Assembly (NCBI GenBank): GCA_036231405.1
Contig: JAZAHK010000047.1
Coordinates: forward strand, 1 to 12,376
Direction: 5' to 3'
DNA from: Nitrospinota bacterium
GTDB lineage: Bacteria; UBA8248
Length of the DNA: 12,376 nt
Shown here one piece after another: positions 5,914 through 12,376 of the stretch. The notes beneath the pieces were generated by a model. It did not search any database and was not told the origin of the DNA. It saw only the letters and a list, made by a program, of their open reading frames with translations. Both the position numbers and the translations under genes were made by a program. Each line of letters begins with the position of its first letter. The stretch's first letter is position 1.

Positions 5914-8589
5914 ATGGATACGAAAGAAAAAAAAGATAAAGAAACTAAGAATTTATCTCCTGCAATGAAGCAGTATATGGAATTGAAGAAAAAATACTGC
6001 AATGAATTTCTTTTTTTTCAGATGGGAGATTTTTATGAAATGTTTTATGAAGACGCTAAGTCAGCATCTGAGATTTTAGGAATTACATTAACTTCCAGAA
6101 ATAAAGATTCGGATGGCCCCATCCCAATGTGTGGTGTTCCACGCCATTCTAGTGATTCTTATTGTGCCAGGTTATTAGAAGAAGGTTTTAAGGTTGCTAT
6201 TTGTGATCAAGTAGAAAATGCATCTGAAAGCAAAGGAATTGTAAAAAGAGAGGTTGTAAGAGTGCTTTCTCCAGGAACTTCCATAGTTGGAGATCATTTA
6301 ACTGAAAGCAAAGAGTCACAGTTTCTATTTTCTCTTTCCGTTTCTGGCAAAGACAATGAATTCTTATGTTGGGGCCTATCCTGGGTTGACGTAACTACTG
6401 GAGCTTTTTATGCGATTGAAATAGACGATGATTTATTTGAAAGAAGATTCTTCTCTGAACTAGAAAGACTCAGACCGAAAGAAATATTACTTCAAAATAA
6501 GGGGAAAATATCCAGTAGCGTTTTGAGTATTTTAGAGATATTTGATGTCAGAATAGAGAATTTGCCAGACGACCAAATTGATGATGGAGACTCTTATGAA
6601 TATATCAGAAAGAATTTTGGAAGCGAAAAAGTATTTAAAAAAATAGACACTAAAAGTCCTATGTTTATTGCCGCAGGAAACTTAATAAAATATCTTAAAA
6701 ATAATCGACTTGGAGACCTTCCTCATTTAAAAACCATTGTTTTTCCTGATTCTGATGAAATGATGTTCCTAGATGCAGTAACTCAGACAAATTTAGAGTT
6801 AGTTTATCCATCTGATAAAAATAGAAAAAGCATAACATTGTTCAATGTATTAGATTACACATCTACAGCATTGGGAGGTAGGCTACTTAAAGATTGGATA
6901 CTTTCCCCTTTGCTTAAACTAAGAAAAATTAAAGAGAGAACCGACGCAGTAGAAGAATTTAAAAATAAAAGAACCGAAAGAAAGTTATTGATTGAAAATC
7001 TTTCTAATATAAAAGATTTAGAACGTATTCAAGGAAGAATAGGGCTTCAAAATTCTAATGCAAGAGACATGAAGGCCCTTTCAGATTCAATTTCTTTTCT
7101 TCCTAAAATAGAAGGAATTTTGAAAACATTTAAATCTAGGGAAATTAAAAAAATAATTTCTGATTGGGATTCGCTTAAAGATATAGAAAAATTACTTTCA
7201 TCTTCATTAAATGAAGAACTTCCTCTTTCTATTAAGGATGGGGAGATGTTTGCGGATGGTGTAAATAAAGAATTAGATGAATTAAGAAAAATTATAAAAA
7301 ATGGAAAATCTTGGCTAAAAAACTATGAAGCCGTAAAGAAGGAAGAAACAAATCTACCATTAAAAATTGGCTATAATCGAGTTTTTGGATATTACATAGA
7401 TTTGCCAAGACGTTTTTCTAGCAAAGTTCCTGAAGATTTTTCAAGAAAACAGACTCTAGTGTCTTCAGAAAGGTTTGTTACGAAAGAATTGAAAGAAATT
7501 GAAGAAAAATTAGAATATTCAGAGGAAAAATCTAAAGAGTTAGAATTCATAATGTTTGGTGAGTTGAGAAATAAAATCGCTAAAAACTCAAAAAGGATTC
7601 TAAATATATCGAAAAAGATTGCACAAATGGATGTTATGCTCTCTTTGGCTAAAGTAGCAGATCAAAACGATTATGTAAGAGCAAATATCAATAATACTGG
7701 AGATATAGAAATTGTACAGGGGAGGCATCCTGTTCTAGATACTGATTTTTCCACAACATTTGTTCCTAATGACCTAATTATGAATTCTAGCAGGAAAATC
7801 ATGATTGTTACAGGTCCTAATATGTCAGGAAAATCCACTTTCTTAAGGCAAACAGCATTAATAATACTCATGGCACAGATGGGAAGTTTTGTACCTGCAA
7901 AATCTGCGAAAATTGGGATAGCTGATCGTATTTTTACAAGAGTAGGGGCTCACGATCTTTTATCTGAAGGAAAAAGTACTTTTATGGTAGAAATGTTAGA
8001 GACTTCTGAAATATTGAATGAAGCATCTGCAAATAGTTTTATAGTTTTTGATGAAGTAGGACGTGGAACAAGTACCTATGATGGAGTAAGTATTGCATGG
8101 GCAATTGTTGAGTTCTTGCACAATAATAAAAATCGTCAAGCGAGGACTTTGTTTGCCACTCACTATCATGAGTTATCCGTTTTGGAAAAGAAATTAAGTA
8201 AGGTGATTAATTTGACAGTAGATGTTCGTGAACAAGATCAAGAGGTTGTATTCTTAAGAAAAGTAATCGATGGGATATGTAACAAAAGTTACGGATTACA
8301 TGTTGGAAAACTAGCTGGATTGCCCGATGAGATTTTAATTAGAGCTTATGAATTAATGGAAAATTTTGAACTTTCTAATAAAGGTCAAGATAAATTGAGT
8401 GAGGGTTTAGAAATACAGAAGAACAAAAAAAAAGAGAAAATTGAATTAGCTAATGGTCCTAATTTCAGAGATTTGATAGATGAAATTTCATTACTAGATC
8501 CCGATTCCATGTCTCCAAAAGATGCTCTTGATACTATTTACAAATTCAAAAAAATCTTCAAAAAAACATCTACTGAAAAATATTTTTAA
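5914..8589 (+). CDS. mutS: DNA mismatch repair protein MutS (MutS1)
   Basis: SPAMKQY, mismatch-binding FQMGDFYEMFYEDA (F-x-E), PMCGVP, Walker A TGPNMSGKSTFLRQ, STFMVEM, Walker B DEVGRGTST, ATHYHEL, SYGLHVGKLAGLP, and the C-terminal LDPDSMSPKDAL oligomerisation element. Confidence 0.97.
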   Translation: MDTKEKKDKETKNLSPAMKQYMELKKKYCNEFLFFQMGDFYEMFYEDAKSASEILGITLTSRNKDSDGPIPMCGVPRHSSDSYCARLLEEGFKVAICDQVENASESKGIVKREVVRVLSPGTSIVGDHLTESKESQFLFSLSVSGKDNEFLCWGLSWVDVTTGAFYAIEIDDDLFERRFFSELERLRPKEILLQNKGKISSSVLSILEIFDVRIENLPDDQIDDGDSYEYIRKNFGSEKVFKKIDTKSPMFIAAGNLIKYLKNNRLGDLPHLKTIVFPDSDEMMFLDAVTQTNLELVYPSDKNRKSITLFNVLDYTSTALGGRLLKDWILSPLLKLRKIKERTDAVEEFKNKRTERKLLIENLSNIKDLERIQGRIGLQNSNARDMKALSDSISFLPKIEGILKTFKSREIKKIISDWDSLKDIEKLLSSSLNEELPLSIKDGEMFADGVNKELDELRKIIKNGKSWLKNYEAVKKEETNLPLKIGYNRVFGYYIDLPRRFSSKVPEDFSRKQTLVSSERFVTKELKEIEEKLEYSEEKSKELEFIMFGELRNKIAKNSKRILNISKKIAQMDVMLSLAKVADQNDYVRANINNTGDIEIVQGRHPVLDTDFSTTFVPNDLIMNSSRKIMIVTGPNMSGKSTFLRQTALIILMAQMGSFVPAKSAKIGIADRIFTRVGAHDLLSEGKSTFMVEMLETSEILNEASANSFIVFDEVGRGTSTYDGVSIAWAIVEFLHNNKNRQARTLFATHYHELSVLEKKLSKVINLTVDVREQDQEVVFLRKVIDGICNKSYGLHVGKLAGLPDEILIRAYELMENFELSNKGQDKLSEGLEIQKNKKKEKIELANGPNFRDLIDEISLLDPDSMSPKDALDTIYKFKKIFKKTSTEKYF

Positions 8590-8603
8590 GAAGGATATTT
8601 GAA

Positions 8604-9230
8604 ATGTATTCCCCTAAAGAATTATTGAAAATGAAAATTTTTGCAATAGTTTTAATAAATCTTTTTTTTATAAATTTTGCTTATGCTGCTAATACTAAGG
8701 TTGGCAAAGAAAAACCTGAAAAAATAAATACGGATCCTATTCTTAAAGATATTTTAGTAATTAAAAAAAATAAAAAAATGTTAATTTTTATATCTTCTGA
8801 AAATACTGTAACCGAAGAGTTTTGGGAAATTGTAAGAAAGGGTGTAAAAACCCGTTTTGTTTACGAACTTGAATTATATAAGAAGGTCCCGTATTTCTTC
8901 GATTCAATGGTCTTAGAAAAAGAGATTGCCCACGAAGTAAAATTTGATCCAATTAAAAAAGTTTTCGTGTGTAAAAGTCGAAATGGTGCTGAAGATTATT
9001 TTTTGAAATTTACAAAGGAAAGTTCAGAAATTTCGGATTGGATGTCACAAATTAATGGTATCGACTTGATTGATTCTGATAAACTTGATCCGTCACAACT
9101 ATATTACATTAAAGTTCGTGTTAAATTTAACTCCTTGAATTTTGCTTTCCCTTTTAATTATTTTTTGTCATTTACTACAAAAGAAACTGATTGGTTTTAT
9201 TCCACTTATTTTGCTAATGAAGGTATGTGA
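8604..9230 (+). CDS. DUF4390-like exported protein (NtrYX-module accessory protein)
   Basis: Signal peptide ending AYA|A (alternative start ATG at 8631). Pattern G....FVYELELY....YFFD......HEVKFDPI and C-terminal YYIKVRVK...FPFNY...ETDW. It overlaps the start of an NtrY-like kinase gene, the usual position of DUF4390 genes. Confidence 0.72.
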   Translation: MYSPKELLKMKIFAIVLINLFFINFAYAANTKVGKEKPEKINTDPILKDILVIKKNKKMLIFISSENTVTEEFWEIVRKGVKTRFVYELELYKKVPYFFDSMVLEKEIAHEVKFDPIKKVFVCKSRNGAEDYFLKFTKESSEISDWMSQINGIDLIDSDKLDPSQLYYIKVRVKFNSLNFAFPFNYFLSFTTKETDWFYSTYFANEGM

Positions 9231-11527
9231 TGTACTCCTCTAACTTTACCTATGATACTGAAGAAGAAATACTCACCAGGAGAAGAAAAAATGTTCTTAG
9301 AGCGGTATTAGGATTAATTGGAATAAGCGTAATTCTATTAACTGGATGGATATATTTTAAGGAATTAGATCCTGGCACCCCTCTTTTAAATAACGTAGTT
9401 GTCTTTTCCCTAATAAATCTAAATATCATACTACTAATGGTACTGATCGTATTAGTAGTGAGAAATCTTGTTCATTTGTATTCGTCAGCTAGGTCTCCAT
9501 CTGGAAGAGGACGTCTTCAATTAAGACTAATTCTTGCATTTGTAATGATTGCACTTTTGCCTACTTTAGGTCTTTTCATAGTTGCAAGTGGTTTAATTGA
9601 TAAAAGTTTTAACACTTTTTTTAATCCTAAAGTAGAAAATGCCTTGAAAGGTTCTTTTGATGTCGCAAATGAATACTACCGCGCTTCTGAAGGAATGCTC
9701 TTGCTAAAAGGAAGAGAACTTGGAGAAGAAATAGAAAGTCATTCATGGAGCACTCCAGAATCATTCTCTTATTTCAAACAATTCCTTAACTCTAAAATTG
9801 AATTAATTGACGCATCTAGTGCTAGTTTGTATGACAAATCAAGAAAAATGATCGTTTCTGTAAGAAGAAAAGAAACGTTATCAGTTGGCGATGATAAGAA
9901 TAAAATACAACAAATTCTTCCTCCCGACTTTGACTTTATAGATAAAGTTTTAGAAGGGAAATCTATGTCTACACTAGAGAATTCAGAAGATGGAGATATT
10001 GTTTATGCAGTAGTGCCTATTAAAGGAACTTCTGGTGTTGTTGGGTATTTAGTTGTGTCCAAATTAATTTCAAAAAGATTAGTGGCTAAAGTAGAAGGAT
10101 TAATGAAAGCTTATGACCAGTTTTTTGAACTAAAATTATCAAAAAATCCGATAAAAGCAAGTTACATCATTACATTTCTTTTAGTCTCCCTGTTGATTTT
10201 ATTTTCAGCTATTTGGTTCGGATTCCATTTTGCAAGAGGGATAACTGTCCCTATCGAAAAATTAGCAGAAGGGACTCTTGCAGTTTCCGAAGGTGATTTG
10301 GGTTATCGTGTTGAAACAAAGGCAGAAGGTGAAATAGGAACACTTGTAGAAGCATTCAATAGAATGACAAAAGAATTGCAAACAAATAAAAAAGAGATCG
10401 AAGAGAAAACTGAAAATCTAACAAAATCTAACCTTGAAATCGACAGAAGACGTGTATACATGGAAGCAATGCTTGATAATGTCCGTACAGGTGTTATTTC
10501 AGTCAATAGGAGAGGTCAGGTAACTATCCTGAACCAATTTGCCTCGGAAATATTGAACATTATTCCAAAAGAAGTCATAGGTAAACATTTCAACGAAATT
10601 TTTAAAAATGAATATTTAGAATTAATTAGAAGTTTGATTCGTTCTAGTGACTCAGTAAACAATTTGAATTTTTCTAAACAAATAGAATTGCTTATAGATG
10701 GTCAAATGCTTGTGTTTTATGCAAGTCTTACATTTCTAAAAAGTAAGGATGGAAGCAGGCTAGGAACTGTGCTAGTTTTTGATGACCTCACTGACCTTAT
10801 TAGAACGCAAAAGGTTGCAGCATGGAGGGAAGTTGCGCAGGGCATTGCCCATGAAATCAAAAACCCTTTGACGCCTATTCAACTATCTGCACAAAGAATG
10901 AGAGCAAAATACAATCAAAACACATCTGATTTTCCTCAAATTTTAGAAATCTGTACAGATACCATAGTCAATCAGGTTAAAGTTCTAATGGAAATGATAG
11001 ATGAGTTTAGTAGTTTCGCAAGAATGCCAGAACCAAGATTAAGGTTATGCAAGACAGATGAACTGATCCATAATGTGATAAGCCTTTATCGTGATCGAAG
11101 AGAAGATATTAAAATCAAATCAAATATTCCTAACTCATTACCGTCTTTAATGGCTGATCCAGAACAAGTGCAAAGAGTTTTTATTAATTTGCTTGAGAAC
11201 GCATTTGAGTCTATGAAAAATGGTGGAGAAATTCAATTTAATGTTTCTTCTGATAATGAGAAGGAAAAATTGATCTTTGAAATAAAAGATGAAGGCAAAG
11301 GAATCTTGGCAAAAGAAAAAGAACATATATTTTCTCCTTATTTCACAACGAAAGCGAGCGGTTCTGGTTTAGGGCTTGCTATCTGTCATAGGATTATTTC
11401 AGATCATAATGGAATGATATCTGTAAAAGACAATCATCCAATAGGTTCGACTTTTGAAATACAATTGCCTTCTAAGAAAGATTTTTTACCTGCAGGTAAT
11501 TCTGAAAGGTTTATAAATGTTGGGTAA
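9227..11527 (+). CDS. ntrY: NtrY-like membrane sensor histidine kinase (TM-periplasmic-HAMP-PAS-HisKA-HATPase)
   Basis: Three N-terminal TM helices, a periplasmic domain, a fourth TM, HAMP (GITVPIEKLAEG...EIGTLVEAFNRMT) and PAS (MLDNVRTGVISVN). H-box AAWREVAQGIAHEIKNPLTPIQLSAQR (His codon 10850-10852), N box INLLENA, G1 DEGKGI, F box IFSPYFTTK, G2 GSGLGLAI. The start may be GTG 9227 or ATG 9230. Confidence 0.9.
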   Translation: MMYSSNFTYDTEEEILTRRRKNVLRAVLGLIGISVILLTGWIYFKELDPGTPLLNNVVVFSLINLNIILLMVLIVLVVRNLVHLYSSARSPSGRGRLQLRLILAFVMIALLPTLGLFIVASGLIDKSFNTFFNPKVENALKGSFDVANEYYRASEGMLLLKGRELGEEIESHSWSTPESFSYFKQFLNSKIELIDASSASLYDKSRKMIVSVRRKETLSVGDDKNKIQQILPPDFDFIDKVLEGKSMSTLENSEDGDIVYAVVPIKGTSGVVGYLVVSKLISKRLVAKVEGLMKAYDQFFELKLSKNPIKASYIITFLLVSLLILFSAIWFGFHFARGITVPIEKLAEGTLAVSEGDLGYRVETKAEGEIGTLVEAFNRMTKELQTNKKEIEEKTENLTKSNLEIDRRRVYMEAMLDNVRTGVISVNRRGQVTILNQFASEILNIIPKEVIGKHFNEIFKNEYLELIRSLIRSSDSVNNLNFSKQIELLIDGQMLVFYASLTFLKSKDGSRLGTVLVFDDLTDLIRTQKVAAWREVAQGIAHEIKNPLTPIQLSAQRMRAKYNQNTSDFPQILEICTDTIVNQVKVLMEMIDEFSSFARMPEPRLRLCKTDELIHNVISLYRDRREDIKIKSNIPNSLPSLMADPEQVQRVFINLLENAFESMKNGGEIQFNVSSDNEKEKLIFEIKDEGKGILAKEKEHIFSPYFTTKASGSGLGLAICHRIISDHNGMISVKDNHPIGSTFEIQLPSKKDFLPAGNSERFINVG

Positions 11528-12376
11528 TGGTTCTGTTCTTATCATTGATGATGAAACTGCTATTACTTCTAGTTTAGAAGCTATTCTGACAGACGAAGGT
11601 TACAAAGTTTACAAAGCGAATTCAGGTGAGAAAGGAATTGAATTAGCCCTTTCTGAATCTCCAGATGTAATTCTTGCTGATGTTTGGATGCCTGGTATTG
11701 ATGGGATTCAGACACTGCAAGTTTTGAAAGAATCAGAATTGCACTCAGAAGTAATACTTATGTCCGGTCATGCAAATATTGAAACCGCAGTAAAAGCTAC
11801 AAAAATAGGAGCGTTTGATTTTATAGAAAAACCGCTGTCTATGGAAACAGTTATAAAAGTTATAGCGGAAGCAATTGAATCAAAAGAATATAAATGGTCT
11901 GAGAAAGAAGGTTCTTCTAAAGGAAAAAACACTTCTCTTAAAATTCCAAAATTAAGTAACAAAAAAAAACAACAAAAAAATAAAACAACACAGAAAACAA
12001 TTTCTAGAAGCGTTGTTTTATATGGAAGAGGCCTACATTCTGGACTAAAAACAGGATTGATACTGGAACCACTGCCGCCAGATAGTGGTATCCATTTTGG
12101 AAGTTTAACTAATCCAGAAACAATTCCAGCGGATGTATTATTTGTCGATAATACGAATCATTCTACCAATCTAAAACATGGTTCTGTAATTGCGAGAACA
12201 ATCGAACATTTAATGAGTGCACTTTACGCATACGGAATTACAAATTTGTTAATAAAAATTGGTGCAGAAGTTCCAATTATGGATGGCTCATCCATTGTTT
12301 TCTGTCAAGAAATTGAAAAAGCTTTAATAATAGAACAGAACAAATCAATAAACCATATAGTTATAGATAAGACTTA
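11517..12376 (+). CDS. lpxC: Response-regulator receiver domain fused to UDP-3-O-acyl-N-acetylglucosamine deacetylase LpxC (partial, runs off the window; absent from the ORF track)
   Basis: ATG at 11517 (SD AAAGGT 11505-11510; 11-nt overlap with the kinase gene) opens 286 stop-free codons. Residues 1-~121 form a REC domain: MLGNGSVLIIDDE...DVILADVWMPGIDG...ILMSGHANIETAVKATKIGAFDFIEKPLS. Residues ~122-158 are a Lys-rich linker. From residue 159 (11991) it is LpxC: QKTISRSVVLYGRGLHSG...LPPDSGIHF...RTIEHLMSALYAYGITNLLI...EVPIMDGSS. Confidence 0.92.
   Translation, partial: MLGNGSVLIIDDETAITSSLEAILTDEGYKVYKANSGEKGIELALSESPDVILADVWMPGIDGIQTLQVLKESELHSEVILMSGHANIETAVKATKIGAFDFIEKPLSMETVIKVIAEAIESKEYKWSEKEGSSKGKNTSLKIPKLSNKKKQQKNKTTQKTISRSVVLYGRGLHSGLKTGLILEPLPPDSGIHFGSLTNPETIPADVLFVDNTNHSTNLKHGSVIARTIEHLMSALYAYGITNLLIKIGAEVPIMDGSSIVFCQEIEKALIIEQNKSINHIVIDKT

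Noticed and set aside
5900-5914. Mini-ORF ATG GGT ACT AAT TAA overlapping the mutS start (TAATG)
   Set aside because: Only four codons with no SD; expected by chance in AT-rich DNA.
1813-9378. TGGCAC hexamers (near 1813, 3024 and 9373) as sigma54 promoters linked to NtrYX
   Set aside because: All are inside CDSs and lack the -12 TTGC at the required spacing.
9227-11527. NtrY name implying nitrogen-fixation or nitrogen regulation
   Set aside because: No nitrogen-metabolism genes are in the window, and the adjacent regulator's output is LpxC. The name reflects family membership only.
809-11962. Minus-strand ORFs from the track (809-1066, 1544-1876, 2668-2895, 4656-4877, 7671-7871, 10303-10506, 11768-11962)
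   Set aside because: All lie entirely within well-supported + strand genes and have no recognisable motifs. 11768-11962 is the antisense shadow of REC-LpxC.

Overview
AT-rich (roughly 30% GC by eye) bacterial chromosomal segment with 11 closely packed genes, all on the + strand. In order: the 3' end of a membrane-protein gene (MurJ-like C-terminus), xerD, phoH, a 7TM-HD (PgpH-like) phosphohydrolase, ybeY, a HIT hydrolase, a LapA-family protein, mutS, a DUF4390-like exported protein, an NtrY-like sensor kinase, and a final gene missing from the ORF track because it runs off the window (11517..>12376). That last gene is the main result. It is one uninterrupted frame encoding an intact NtrX-type receiver domain, a Lys-rich linker and LpxC, the zinc deacetylase that commits UDP-3-O-acyl-GlcNAc to lipid A synthesis. 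The usual DUF4390-ntrY-ntrX module therefore appears to have an enzyme, not a transcription factor, as its output, which suggests direct phosphorylation control of LPS synthesis. A lapA with no adjacent lapB lies in the same gene run. Gene order resembles Deltaproteobacteria/Nitrospinota-like lineages (inference only). No mobile elements, CRISPR arrays or RNA genes were seen.
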